Shown here in pieces: positions 29,406 through 39,315 of a stretch of 40,544 nucleotides of DNA (the stretch's first letter is position 1; the number at the start of each line of letters is the position of its first letter). The translations under genes were made by a program, and so were the position numbers. The stretch is from the NCBI GenBank assembly GCA_035603855.1, contig DATNJP010000440.1, positions 1-40,544 on the forward strand, read 5' to 3'. This stretch comes from Luteibacter sp. GTDB lineage: Bacteria; Pseudomonadota; Gammaproteobacteria; Xanthomonadales; Rhodanobacteraceae. The notes under the pieces were generated by a model. It made no database searches. It worked only from the letters and a program-made list of their open reading frames with translations, and was not told the origin of the DNA.

Positions 29406-31439
29406 TCAACCCGGCAGCTTGAAGTTCGCGACGGACAGGCGCAGGTCGTTCGCGAGCTGGGCCAGGTTGCCGATCGACTCGGCGGTCTGGCTGGCACCCA
29501 GCGATGTCTGCGAGGTGATCTCCTGGATGACGTTCATCGTCGCCGACGTATCGGTCGCCGCCGCGGACTGCTGGCGTGCCGCCGCGGAGATGTTCTGAAT
29601 CAGCGCCGACAGATCGTTCGACACGCGCTCGATGTCGCCCAGTGCGGTACCCGCATCCTCGGCCAGTCGCGCACCGGCCACCACTTCCGCGGTGGTCTGT
29701 TCCATGGAACTGACCGCTTCGTTGGTATCGGACTGAATGGTCTGGACCAGGGTTTCGATTCGCTTCGTCGCGCTCGCCGAACGTTCGGCGAGGCGCTGCA
29801 CTTCGTCCGCGACGACCGCGAAACCGCGGCCCGCCTCACCGGCCGATGCCGCCTGGATGGCTGCGTTCAACGCGAGGATGTTGGTCTGCTCGGCAATGTC
29901 GTTGATGAGTTCCACGATCGAGCCGATTTCCTGCGACGACTCACCCAGGCGCTTGATGCGCTTGGAGGTCTCCTGGATCTGGTCGCGAATGGAGTCCATG
30001 CCCTGGATGGTCTCGCGCACCACTTCGGCACCGCGCGAGGCGATCTGCACCGAGCGCTGCGCCACGTCGGCCGATTCGGCCGAATCCTTCGACACGGTGT
30101 CCATCGAGGTCGCGATCTGGTTGATTGCGGAGGTGGCCGAGGTGATCTGCTGCGCCTGCTGCTCCGCCGCGTCGGCGAGGTGCATGGCGGTGGCCTGGGT
30201 TTCCTGTGCCGCCGCGGACACACGCACCGCGGTTTCGTTAATCGTGGTGACGAGGTTGCGCATCTCGTCGACCGCGGAGTTCATGGCGTCCGCGATGGCG
30301 CCCGTGATGTCCTCGGTAACGGTGGCCTTGATGGTCAGGTCGCCTTCGGCGAGCGTGCCCATCTCGTCCAGCAACCGCATGATGGCGGTCTGGTTACGCT
30401 GGTTCAGTTCGGACGTGGTCTCGAAGCGGCGACGCTGGTCGCGCACGAGGTTGTAGACCAGCAGTAGCGCGAAGAGCACCGCGCCGATTGCGCCGAGCAA
30501 GCCCCACCACACGTTCGGGAACAGGCGGGTCAGCGGCAGCTTGGCGATCTGGTCGGCGGACTCGTTGGCGCGGAGCAACACGGTCTGCGAATCCAGCGAG
30601 GCCTGGTTACCCGCGCGCTTCACGTCCTGCAGGTTGGGCGACGCGGTCACCAGCTGGCTGACCGGGTCGACGAGGTCGCCCCAGGAGGTCTGCATGCCTT
30701 CGAGGATCTTGCGCGCGTTGGCGTCGCTGATGGCGCGCACGCCACCGTCGGCGTTGCCGTCGATCAGGCCCTTGAGCACCGCGCCGTACAACTGCGCGTC
30801 GCGTGACAGGCCGTCCGCGGCGGACTGGGCGGCGTCGCCACCCTGCAGGATCTCCTGCACACGGCGGATCATGCGGTCGGCCATCAGCATCCAGCGCGCG
30901 ATGGTGAAGGTCTGTTCCACCGAAGCGTTCTTCTGCTGGACGATGTTGAGGACTTCGTCCGTGCGCGCGTTGAGCAGCGGCATCTGCTTGGAGAAGAGGT
31001 CGGCGCGCTCGCCCGAGGACAGCACGAGGTCCTTGTTCGAGAGGATCTTGCCGATGTCCGCGTCGAGCTGGTGCCAGGCGTTGGCCAGCGAACCGATGGC
31101 ACGGCCCGACTGGGTGGCGTTGCCATCCGCATACGCCGGCATGCCGGTCTTCTCGTCGCCCTTCACCAGTCGCTGCACGGCCGAGTCGATCGTGTTGCGC
31201 GTGGCTGCCAGCTCGCGGAAGGAATCGCGGTTGCCGTCCGACGCTTCCAGGGCGTACTTCGCGGTCTGCTGCGAAAGCACCTGCACCTGGGTCGTCAGGG
31301 CGATGGCCTCACGGTCCTCGCCGTTCTTGTTGTTCAGCCACCAGAAGTCGACCGACGCCAAACCGATCGCCAGGAGCAGGAACACGATGACGATCGTGTA
31401 CCCACGTTCCCGGCCTGCGCCGCCTGCTGTCGTGCTCAT
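29406..31439 (-). CDS. pilJ: Methyl-accepting chemotaxis protein of the Chp system
   Basis: Two TM segments, 'AIMRLLDEM', MCP hairpin '[40 protein letters not shown]'. Confidence 0.95.
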   Translation of the reverse strand: MSTTAGGAGRERGYTIVIVFLLLAIGLASVDFWWLNNKNGEDREAIALTTQVQVLSQQTAKYALEASDGNRDSFRELAATRNTIDSAVQRLVKGDEKTGMPAYADGNATQSGRAIGSLANAWHQLDADIGKILSNKDLVLSSGERADLFSKQMPLLNARTDEVLNIVQQKNASVEQTFTIARWMLMADRMIRRVQEILQGGDAAQSAADGLSRDAQLYGAVLKGLIDGNADGGVRAISDANARKILEGMQTSWGDLVDPVSQLVTASPNLQDVKRAGNQASLDSQTVLLRANESADQIAKLPLTRLFPNVWWGLLGAIGAVLFALLLVYNLVRDQRRRFETTSELNQRNQTAIMRLLDEMGTLAEGDLTIKATVTEDITGAIADAMNSAVDEMRNLVTTINETAVRVSAAAQETQATAMHLADAAEQQAQQITSATSAINQIATSMDTVSKDSAESADVAQRSVQIASRGAEVVRETIQGMDSIRDQIQETSKRIKRLGESSQEIGSIVELINDIAEQTNILALNAAIQAASAGEAGRGFAVVADEVQRLAERSASATKRIETLVQTIQSDTNEAVSSMEQTTAEVVAGARLAEDAGTALGDIERVSNDLSALIQNISAAARQQSAAATDTSATMNVIQEITSQTSLGASQTAESIGNLAQLANDLRLSVANFKLPG

Positions 31440-31612
31440 ATCCACCTCACCCAAACCTGGCAAAGCTAGCCACCCGCGCCTCGACGAGGTCGCCGGCAAG
31501 ACGAAGCGGTCGCGCTGACCGCCCCTCCGTTCCCATCGCGAAGCCGGCCATGCCGTCCCCGCCCATCCTGTAAGGGGCGGCCACCCGGCCGTCCCCTCCC
31601 CCATGAGACGCC

Positions 31613-32158
31613 TTACAGCGCCGCTTGCCGGAAATCCGGCGCACGAACCAGTCGGCTCATGCTGAACAATCCGAACGCCTGCTCACCGAGCGTGACGTTC
31701 TGCGCGACGAAACGCGCCAACCGCGGATCGAGTTCTTCTTCACCCGAACCCCGCTGGTCTTCGTCCATCGTACGCTGGCCAAACACCTCGTCCACCAGCA
31801 GCCCGACGGTGCCGCCGTGCTGGCGAACCAGCAGCAGGCGAGTACGTTCGGAAGACGGTGTACGTTCGTCGAACAGGAACCGGCCAAGGTCGATCGCCGG
31901 CACCAGGTTGCCACGCACGTTGGCCACGCCCATCAGCCAGGGCTGCGTGCCCGGGACATTGGTCAGTGGCGGCACGGCGAGCAATTCGTTGATCTCTTCG
32001 ATGCCGCTGACGAAGGCACGGCGGCCCACGCGGAACCCGATGCCGCGCCACAGGCCCAGCGACTCGACGCGCTCGGGCGCATCCGCGCTATGCGCCAGGC
32101 ATGCGCGTTCGTAGTGGGCGAGCAGTTCGAAAGGCGTAAGTGCCGCGTTCTCGCTCAT
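31613..32158 (-). CDS. pilI: CheW-like protein PilI
   Basis: 'WRGIGFRVG', '[18 protein letters not shown]', 'GLLVDEVFG'. Confidence 0.93.
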   Translation of the reverse strand: MSENAALTPFELLAHYERACLAHSADAPERVESLGLWRGIGFRVGRRAFVSGIEEINELLAVPPLTNVPGTQPWLMGVANVRGNLVPAIDLGRFLFDERTPSSERTRLLLVRQHGGTVGLLVDEVFGQRTMDEDQRGSGEEELDPRLARFVAQNVTLGEQAFGLFSMSRLVRAPDFRQAAL

Positions 32159-32165
32159 GGCGCCC

Positions 32166-32540
32166 TCAATGCGTCTTGTTCGGCAGGAGGCTGGCGATGG
32201 TCGAGAGCAGTTCCTTCTCGTTCACCGGCTTGGTGATGAACGCCTTGGCGCCCTGGCGCAGCCCCCACACGCGATCGGTTTCCATGGACTTGGTGGTGAT
32301 CATCACCACCGGCACGTCGGCCGTGTTCGGGTCGCGGCTCAGCGTGCGCGTGGCCTGGAAGCCGTTCATGCCGGGCATGATCACGTCCATGATCACCAGG
32401 TCGGGCTTGCTCGCACGGATGCGATCGAGGCCGGCCTCGGCGTTGTCGACGCTGGAGACGGAAAAACCCGCCTTCTCGAGCAGCGTGGTGAACACGCGAA
32501 CGTCGGTGGGCGAGTCGTCAATGATGAGAATATTTGCCAC
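32166..32540 (-). CDS. pilH: CheY-like response regulator PilH
   Basis: 'ILIIDDSPT', 'MDVIMPGMNGFQATR', 'TDRVWGLRQGA'. Confidence 0.94.
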   Translation of the reverse strand: MANILIIDDSPTDVRVFTTLLEKAGFSVSSVDNAEAGLDRIRASKPDLVIMDVIMPGMNGFQATRTLSRDPNTADVPVVMITTKSMETDRVWGLRQGAKAFITKPVNEKELLSTIASLLPNKTH

Positions 32541-32576
32541 ACGTCCCCCTGGACGTCGTCTAGCGGTGGTGTTCGG

Positions 32577-32978
32577 TCAGCTCGCCGTCGCGTAGCGATG
32601 AATCGCGCCGAGAAGCTCGTCGCGGGTGAAAGGCTTGGTGAGGTATTGCTCGGCACCGACGATGCGTCCGCGCGCCTTGTCGAACAGGCCGTCCTTGGAG
32701 GAAAGCATGATCACCGGCGTACCGCGGAACTGGGCGTTGTTCTTGATCAGCGCGCAGGTCTGGTAGCCATCCAGGCGCGGCATCATGATGTCCACGAAGA
32801 TGATGTTCGGCTTCTGGTCGGAAATCTTGGCCAGGGCCTCGAACCCGTCGACGGCGGTGAGGACGTCGCAGCCTTCCTTCTTCAGCAGGGTCTCGGCCGT
32901 GCGTCGGATGGTTTTCGAATCGTCGATGACCATGACCCGCAAACCACTCAGGTCGTTACCGCGTCCGTTTTCGTTCAC
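32577..32978 (-). CDS. pilG: CheY-like response regulator PilG
   Basis: 'VMVIDDSKTIRRTAETLL', 'DIMMPRLDGYQTCALIK', 'SSKDGLFDKARGRIVG'; GTG start at 32978. Confidence 0.96.
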   Translation of the reverse strand: MNENGRGNDLSGLRVMVIDDSKTIRRTAETLLKKEGCDVLTAVDGFEALAKISDQKPNIIFVDIMMPRLDGYQTCALIKNNAQFRGTPVIMLSSKDGLFDKARGRIVGAEQYLTKPFTRDELLGAIHRYATAS

Positions 32979-33248
32979 TGCGCCCCCGTGCCACGCACAA
33001 AAAAACCGCAAATCCTGTCGCAGGATAGCCGGTTTCATGCCGACTATTCCGTGCGCCAGGTCGATGTCCGGAGCTTGGGGCCCCGGCGGCCCGCTCTTCG
33101 GCGTTCCTCCCGTCCGCTGTTTAATGGTTGGCCGGGTGTGAGTCAAGATGAATTGTTCTTAAAGGGAAAGTTCCCGCTGCCGAATTCGCCCCAAAATTCG
33201 CCGCCTTTACTAGACTTGGCACCTTTCCTGCCTACCGGGACACCACCC

Positions 33249-34190
33249 ATGCCGCTCTCCGTCGCCGTCCTGATGGACCCGATCCGCGCCATCAAGATCG
33301 CCAAGGACACCACGTTCGCCATGCTGCTCGAAGCGTCCCGACGCGGGCACGCGCTGCTGTACATGGAACAGGGCGACCTTGCCCTGCGTGATGGCGAGGC
33401 CTGGGCACGGCTGCGGCCGCTCACCGTGAAGGAAGACCCGGCCGGCTGGTTCACGCTGGGCGAGCCCGTATGGCGACCGCTGGGCGAAATCGACATCGTC
33501 CTGGCGCGGAAGGACCCGCCGGTCGATTCCCAGTTCCTCTACGACACCATGGTCCTGGAACGCGCCCAGCGCGCCGGCTGCAAGGTGGTCAACGACCCGC
33601 GCTCGCTGCGCGACTGCAACGAGAAGCTGTTCGCGCTGGACTTCCCCCAGTGCATCGTCCCGACCCTGGTGTCGCGCGATCGCGGGGAGCTGAAGCAGTT
33701 CGTCGCCGAACATGGCGAAGCGGTGCTCAAGCCGCTGGATGGCATGGGTGGGCGCGGCATCTTCCGGGTCCGCACCGGCGACAGCAACCTCAATTCCATG
33801 CTCGAGACGCTGCTCGACGGCAACCGCCACTTCACCATCGCGCAGAAGTACATCCCCGAGATCACCTCGGGCGACAAGCGCATCCTCCTGATCGACGGCG
33901 AACCGGTGCCTTATGCCCTCGCCCGCATTCCCCAGGGCGACGAATTCCGCGGCAACCTCGCCCAGGGCGGCCGGGGCGTAGGCATTCCGTTGTCCGACCG
34001 CGATCGCTGGATCGCCGCGCAGATCGGTCCGGAACTGGTCCGTCGCGGGCTCCGCTTCGTCGGCCTGGACGTGATCGGCGACTACCTGACCGAGATCAAC
34101 GTCACATCTCCGACGGGCGTCCGCGAACTGGATGCCCAGTTCGGCATTAACATCGCCGGGCTGATGTTCGACGCGATCGAGGCCCGATGA
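33249..34190 (+). CDS. gshB: Glutathione synthetase
   Basis: 'VLMDPI', 'KDTTFAML', 'RKDPP', 'NEKL', 'KPLDGMGG', 'GDKRI', 'RGNLAQGG', 'EINVTSPTG'; divergent from pilG. Confidence 0.96.
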   Translation: MPLSVAVLMDPIRAIKIAKDTTFAMLLEASRRGHALLYMEQGDLALRDGEAWARLRPLTVKEDPAGWFTLGEPVWRPLGEIDIVLARKDPPVDSQFLYDTMVLERAQRAGCKVVNDPRSLRDCNEKLFALDFPQCIVPTLVSRDRGELKQFVAEHGEAVLKPLDGMGGRGIFRVRTGDSNLNSMLETLLDGNRHFTIAQKYIPEITSGDKRILLIDGEPVPYALARIPQGDEFRGNLAQGGRGVGIPLSDRDRWIAAQIGPELVRRGLRFVGLDVIGDYLTEINVTSPTGVRELDAQFGINIAGLMFDAIEAR

Positions 34191-35047
34191 CGACCCGCGC
34201 CACCGGCGCCGACCTGTTCGGCGCGACCCTGCTGTTCTCGCTGCTGCTGCACGGTGTCGTCATCCTCGGCATCACCTTCGAAGCGGAAAAGCCCAAACCG
34301 AGCGTGCCCACGCTCGACGTCACCCTCGTGGACGTCGCCAACCAGGAACAGCCGGACAAGGCCGACTTCCTGGCCCAGGCGAACAACGCGGGCGGTGGCG
34401 ACAAGGACAAGGCGGCCCGGCCCTCCGAGCCCCTGTCCGGCCCGTTGCCCACGCCCAACCAGGGCGCCACCACCGAACCGAAGGAAGCGCAGGCCCCGGC
34501 ACCGCGCGAGGCCATGCCCGACCAGTTGCTGACGACCTCGGGCGAGACGGCCTTTGCCGTGGACACCACGCGCGAACAGACCGAGCAGAAGGATCGCCCG
34601 CTGCCGATCTCGGACGAAGAGGTGCAACGCAAACTGGAAATGGCCCGGCTGGCCGCCGAGGTCCGCGAGCAGTCGCAGGCCTACGCGAAGCGACCGAAGA
34701 AGAAATTCATCTCCTCGAACACCCGCGAGTATGTCTACGCCGCCTACATGAAGGGCTGGGTCGGCCGCGTCGAACGCGTGGGCAACCTCAACTACCCGGA
34801 TGAAGCGCGACGCCAGGGCGTCTATGGCGAACTGGTGCTTACCGTGGGCCTGAACCGGGACGGTTCGATCAAGAGCATGGACGTGATCAAGAGCTCGGGC
34901 CACAAGCTGCTGGACGACGCCGCCCAGCGCATCGTCCGCCTCGCCGCGCCGTTCCCCTCCCTGCCCGATGACAAGACCCGGGTGGACGAGCTGTACATCA
35001 CGCGCACCTGGCAGTTCCTGCCGGGTAACGTGCTACGAAACTACTGA
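34187..35047 (+). CDS. Energy transducer TonB family protein (TonB3-like context)
   Basis: TM 'SLLLHGVV', 'ADFLAQANNAGGG', 'VERVGNLNYP', 'SSGHKLLDDAA', 'ITRTW'; ATGA overlap with gshB. Confidence 0.88.
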   Translation: MTTRATGADLFGATLLFSLLLHGVVILGITFEAEKPKPSVPTLDVTLVDVANQEQPDKADFLAQANNAGGGDKDKAARPSEPLSGPLPTPNQGATTEPKEAQAPAPREAMPDQLLTTSGETAFAVDTTREQTEQKDRPLPISDEEVQRKLEMARLAAEVREQSQAYAKRPKKKFISSNTREYVYAAYMKGWVGRVERVGNLNYPDEARRQGVYGELVLTVGLNRDGSIKSMDVIKSSGHKLLDDAAQRIVRLAAPFPSLPDDKTRVDELYITRTWQFLPGNVLRNY

Positions 35048-35370
35048 GCGCCCTTTAGCAGCTGGTCCGCCTCACTCACGTAGGCCTTACTCGCCTTCCT
35101 GTCCCAGACGCATAGCTCGCGCCCCGGCCGGTTGTTCATGTGTTTCTGTGGATAACGCCCGGCGAGGACGAGCGCCGTGACGGGCACGCGGTCGTCGTAC
35201 TGGATCGGGCCGCCCACCGGCTTGACGTCCTTCAGTCCACTGGCCGCGATGCAGGCCTTCGTAAGCCGTTGGTTGTAGTCCTTCCAGGCGTCGGGCGCGG
35301 AGGCGTTCGTGACGCTGGCGAAGAGCATCCCGGCTGCCACAAAACCCTTTGCAAACATCGTCTTCCGCAT
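35041..35370 (-). CDS. Small secreted hypothetical protein with two Cys
   Basis: Signal peptide ending 'TNA', 'SAPDAW', 'ACIAASGL', 'GRYPQKHM', 'ELCVWD'; AAGGAG ribosome-binding site upstream of ATG 35370. Confidence 0.72.
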   Translation of the reverse strand: MRKTMFAKGFVAAGMLFASVTNASAPDAWKDYNQRLTKACIAASGLKDVKPVGGPIQYDDRVPVTALVLAGRYPQKHMNNRPGRELCVWDRKASKAYVSEADQLLKGAQ

Positions 35371-35462
35371 AACGGTGTCTCCTTGTGAACGGGCGCACAA
35401 GGTAAGCGTCGTGGGCTGAACATTCGCACACGGCTCATGTTCGTAGCAGCTACAATGTGGCC

Positions 35463-36029
35463 ATGACGATCGCCACCACCTTCGCAGGGCAATTTCTCAT
35501 CGCCATGCCCTCGCTGGTCGAGCCGCCCTTTGCGCGCGGTGTCGCCTTCCTGTGCCAGCACGGCGAAGACGGTGCGGTCGGCCTCCTGATCAACCAGCTC
35601 TCCGACTACCGGCTGGGCGATGTCCTCGCGCAGATGAACCTGGAATGCGAAGACACCGAGCTCGCCGACCACCCGGTCCTGATCGGTGGCCCCGTCCAGC
35701 AGGAGCGCGGCTTCGTGCTCCATCGCGAACCCGGCAACTGGGATTCCAGCTACCGCGTCAACGAAGACTGGTCGGTCACCACCTCCCGCGACATCCTCGT
35801 GGCCATGGCCGCGGGTGAAGGTCCGCGCCGCGCGCTCGTCACCCTCGGCTATGCCGGCTGGCAAGCCGGGCAGCTCGAACAGGAAGTGATGGAGAACGCC
35901 TGGCTGACCACGCGAGCGGACGAACGCGTCGTCTTCGACACCCCCATCGACGAACGCTGGATCGCCGCCGCGCGCAAGCTCGGCGTACAAGACCCCTCGC
36001 AGCTGGCCGGCTACGCCGGTCACGCCTGA
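35463..36029 (+). CDS. yqgE: YqgE/AlgH family protein
   Basis: 'GQFLIAMP', 'GGPVQQERGFVLH', 'LGYAGWQAGQLEQE', 'GHA' terminus. Confidence 0.93.
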   Translation: MTIATTFAGQFLIAMPSLVEPPFARGVAFLCQHGEDGAVGLLINQLSDYRLGDVLAQMNLECEDTELADHPVLIGGPVQQERGFVLHREPGNWDSSYRVNEDWSVTTSRDILVAMAAGEGPRRALVTLGYAGWQAGQLEQEVMENAWLTTRADERVVFDTPIDERWIAAARKLGVQDPSQLAGYAGHA

Positions 36030-36040
36030 GCCGGGGCGCG

Positions 36041-36478
36041 ATGAGCTGCCTGTTCGGCTTCGATGTCGGGACGAAGATCGTCGGCGTGGCCGTTGGCAAT
36101 CGCCTTACCGGCACGGCCCGCGCGCTCGCCGCCGTGCCCGTCCGTGACGGCGAGCCGGACTGGAACACCCTCGACACCCTGCGCCGCGAATGGCTTCCGG
36201 CGGAACTCGTCGTGGGCCTGCCTCTCGACAACGAGGGCAAGGAACAGCCGATGACCCGTACGGCGCGGCGCTTCGCCGAACGCATCGGCCAGCGCTACGC
36301 CCTTCCCGTCGCCTTCGCCGACGAGCGCATGAGTTCGCAGGAGGCCGCGCGGCGATTTGCCGCCGGACGCGCCGCGGGCACGCGAAAACGCTCTGATGCG
36401 AAGTCCATCGATGCCGAGGCCGCCGCCGTGATCCTCGAGTCGTACCTCGTGCAGGCCACCCCTTTCCCATCACCTTGA
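36041..36478 (+). CDS. ruvX: RuvX/YqgF RNase H-like nuclease
   Basis: 'FDVGTKIVGVAVG', 'VVGLP', 'DERMSSQEA', 'IDAEAAAVILE'. Confidence 0.93.
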   Translation: MSCLFGFDVGTKIVGVAVGNRLTGTARALAAVPVRDGEPDWNTLDTLRREWLPAELVVGLPLDNEGKEQPMTRTARRFAERIGQRYALPVAFADERMSSQEAARRFAAGRAAGTRKRSDAKSIDAEAAAVILESYLVQATPFPSP

Positions 36479-36485
36479 GGACGTC

Positions 36486-37412
36486 ATGTCACAACGCCTG
36501 CGCCATCTGACCACCCTCGAGAATCTTCCGCGCGAAACCATTGAGCGCCTGCTCGACCGCGCCAACAGCATGCGCGAAGCCACCGCGCACGGCACGCGGA
36601 AGCTCGACCTGCTTGCCGGCCGCACCGTGCTCAACCTGTTCTTCGAGCCGTCCACGCGTACCCGCACGTCATTCGAACTGGCCGCGCGCCGCCTCGGCGC
36701 CGACGTGATCAACTTCGACATCGGGTTCTCCTCGACGGCCAAGGGCGAGGAACTGTTCGACACGCTGCACACGCTGGAAGCGATGCACCTGGACACGATC
36801 GTCGTGCGCCACAAGGAATCGGGCACGCCTGAAGCGCTGGTACGCCATGCGATGAGCGGCGTGGCCGTGGTGAATGCCGGCGACGGCAACCGCGCGCATC
36901 CCACCCAGGGCCTGCTCGACGCGCTGACCATCCGCAACCACCACCCGGATTTCCGCAGGCTTCGCATCGTGATCTGCGGCGACGTGCGCCATTCGCGCGT
37001 GGCCCGCTCCGACGTGCAGGCGTTTTCGGCGCTGGGGGCGAAGGACATCCGCCTGGTCGGCCCCTCCTCGCTGCTCCCGGCCGAAGGCGAGCTTGCCAAC
37101 GTCACCTTCCACGACGACTTCGACGAGGCCATCGAAGGCGCCCACGCCGTGATCATGCTGCGCCTGCAGAAAGAGCGCATGGCCTCGACCGACCTGCCCG
37201 ACGAAGCCGCCTATTTCGACCGCTACGGCCTCGACACCCGCCGCCTCGCCCTGGCCGCCAAGGGCTGTCTGGTGATGCATCCGGGCCCGATCAACCGCGG
37301 CATCGAGATCGCGCCGGACGTGGCGGATGGCGCCCAGTCGCGCATCCTCGAACAGGTCGGCAACGGCGTATTCGTGCGCATGGCCGTTCTGGCGGAAGTG
37401 ATGGGCCGCTAA
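36486..37412 (+). CDS. pyrB: Aspartate carbamoyltransferase catalytic subunit
   Basis: 'FFEPSTRTRTSF', 'NAGDG..HPTQ', 'HSRVARS', 'LRLQKER', 'MHPGP'. Confidence 0.96.
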   Translation: MSQRLRHLTTLENLPRETIERLLDRANSMREATAHGTRKLDLLAGRTVLNLFFEPSTRTRTSFELAARRLGADVINFDIGFSSTAKGEELFDTLHTLEAMHLDTIVVRHKESGTPEALVRHAMSGVAVVNAGDGNRAHPTQGLLDALTIRNHHPDFRRLRIVICGDVRHSRVARSDVQAFSALGAKDIRLVGPSSLLPAEGELANVTFHDDFDEAIEGAHAVIMLRLQKERMASTDLPDEAAYFDRYGLDTRRLALAAKGCLVMHPGPINRGIEIAPDVADGAQSRILEQVGNGVFVRMAVLAEVMGR

Positions 37413-37515
37413 GCCCGTAGGATTTTGCGCCGGACGTGCCTCCAGGGGCCCATGGCGGCACGCCGGTTCCGGCATAATGACCGGACCAAGGGAAAACCAA
37501 ACAATGGGATACAGA

Positions 37516-39264
37516 ATGCGACCGACGAAGCGACTGCTCGCGCTCGGCGTCGCCAGCGTGCTGCTGGCGGCCTGCGGCCACAAGGACAAGGACGCCCCGC
37601 TGGCCTTCGTGCCGGCCGACACGCCTTACGTGCTGGCGAACCTCGACACGCTCGATGACGACGCCTATGAAGCCATGCTCGCCCAGGCCAATAGCGAGCT
37701 GCCCAGCCAGGTCGTGCAGATGAAGTCCGTTGCGACGGACCTCGAGGCGAAGGGCAATGCCGAAGGCGCCCGCCTGCTCAAGGCCTTCGCCGCCGAGTTC
37801 GACGGCAAGACCGCCGAGGCCGCGCTCAAGAACATGGGCCTGGACGTGAAGACCGGTTCCGCCATTTATGGTCTCGGCCTCAGCCCGGTCGCCCGTGTGG
37901 CCCTGGCCGACCCGGCAGCCTGGGACGCTTTCGTGGGTCGCCTCGAAACCGCCTACGGCAAGAAGCTGGACACCGCCGATGCCGGTGGCCAGGCCTATCG
38001 CCACGTCACCCTCGCCGATTCCGGCGTGCAGTTGGTCATTGCCACCGTCGGCAAGCAGGCCGTGGTCTCGCTCCTGCCGGCCGACGCGGCCCAGCCGCTG
38101 ATCCGCCAGGCGCTCGGCGCCGATCGCCCGGAAAAGAATCTCCAGGACGATGGCCGCCTCGCCGACCTCGCCAAGGACAAGGGTTACAAGGATTACGCCG
38201 TCGGCCAGGTCGACGTCGTCCGCCTTCTGCCGCTCGTGGCGGCCGGCAAGGATCCGCTGTTCTCCTCGTTCCTCAAGGCCCAGTCCGCCAAGACCGGTGA
38301 GCCGGTGCCCGCGTTGCCGGCCAGCTGCCAGACAGAAGCCAGCCGCATCGCCGCACGCGTGCCCTCGCTCAGCTTCGGCTACACCCGTCTTGACCTGCAT
38401 CATCAGGAACAGCGCGTCGACGTGGCGCTCGCCGATGACATCACCAAGGCCTTCTCGGGCCTGAAGGTGGAACTGCCGGGTCTTGGTAAGGACGCCAGCG
38501 CCCCGTTCGATGTCAGCCTCGCCCTGCCTGTCGAGCAACTCCGCACGTTCTTCACCGCGCAGTCCGAAGCCGTGGCCGCCAAGCCGTTCGAATGCCCGGC
38601 CTTCGTGAGCATGAACGACAGCTTCGCGAAGCTCGGTTCGACGATGCAGCAGGCCGCGATCCCGCCGTTCGGCGACATCCGTGGCGTGCGCATCGCGCTC
38701 GACTCGTTCAAGCCCGCCGCCGCGGGCCAGCAGATGCCGACCTTCACCGGCCGCGTCCTGCTCGCCACGCGCAACCCCGCCGGCCTGCTCGCGATGGGCC
38801 AGGCCATGCTCGGCGGCGACCTGAAGCTGGCTGGCGACGGCAAGCCCGCGCCGCTGCCGCCGAAACTCACTGGCATGCTCGGCATGCCCGCCTGGGCGGC
38901 GATGAATGGCCAGGCCATCGTCATCGGTCTGGGCGACGGTGAAGACGCCAAGCTCGACGAGATGCTGATGGGCGCGACGGGCGACGCGGGTCGCCTTAGC
39001 CGCCTGCATCTCAACGGCGACATGTACCGTGCCTGGGTCGATGTCATGGCCGACAAGGCGCAGTCCTATGCCAACGCCATGACCGAAGCTTCCGGCGCCG
39101 ATGGCGCCCCGGACGACCAGGCCGCGCAGACGTCGGCGGCACTGCGTTCGAAAGCCCAGTTCGAAGCGATGAAGTCGCAGGCTGCACGCATCGTGCAAGT
39201 TGGCGGCGAAGCGCACATGGACGAAAAGGGCCTCGTGATCTCGGGTGCGGTCGAATACAAGTAA
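37516..39264 (+). CDS. Large hypothetical lipoprotein
   Basis: Lipoprotein signal 'MRPTKRLLALGVASVLLAAC'; long ORF with typical GC3-rich codons; followed by terminator; start 37516 or 37504. Confidence 0.82.
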   Translation: MRPTKRLLALGVASVLLAACGHKDKDAPLAFVPADTPYVLANLDTLDDDAYEAMLAQANSELPSQVVQMKSVATDLEAKGNAEGARLLKAFAAEFDGKTAEAALKNMGLDVKTGSAIYGLGLSPVARVALADPAAWDAFVGRLETAYGKKLDTADAGGQAYRHVTLADSGVQLVIATVGKQAVVSLLPADAAQPLIRQALGADRPEKNLQDDGRLADLAKDKGYKDYAVGQVDVVRLLPLVAAGKDPLFSSFLKAQSAKTGEPVPALPASCQTEASRIAARVPSLSFGYTRLDLHHQEQRVDVALADDITKAFSGLKVELPGLGKDASAPFDVSLALPVEQLRTFFTAQSEAVAAKPFECPAFVSMNDSFAKLGSTMQQAAIPPFGDIRGVRIALDSFKPAAAGQQMPTFTGRVLLATRNPAGLLAMGQAMLGGDLKLAGDGKPAPLPPKLTGMLGMPAWAAMNGQAIVIGLGDGEDAKLDEMLMGATGDAGRLSRLHLNGDMYRAWVDVMADKAQSYANAMTEASGADGAPDDQAAQTSAALRSKAQFEAMKSQAARIVQVGGEAHMDEKGLVISGAVEYK

Positions 39265-39285
39265 GCGATCGCTCCGAGTGTTGAG

Positions 39286-39315
39286 AAAACGCCCGCACAC
39301 GCGGGCGTTTTTTTT
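39286..39315 (+). terminator. Rho-independent terminator
   Basis: AAAACGCCCGC-acac-GCGGGCGTTTT followed by further Ts. Confidence 0.88.

Noticed and set aside
24470-29422. 1650-aa plus-strand ORF
   Set aside because: Antisense shadow of chpA caused by GC3-biased codons; no recognisable motifs
33217-33231. Sigma-54-like TGGCACCTTTCCTGC upstream of gshB
   Set aside because: One mismatch at the -12 TT, would leave only about a 6-nt leader, overlaps a TAGACT -10-like hexamer, and no enhancer seen; not supportable without TSS data
32157-33248. Apparent 364-aa N-terminal extension of GshB
   Set aside because: Overlaps pilH/pilG on the other strand; GshB homology begins at ATG 33249
37291-39300. 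669-aa minus-strand ORF
   Set aside because: Antisense to the lipoprotein, which has a lipobox and a correctly oriented terminator
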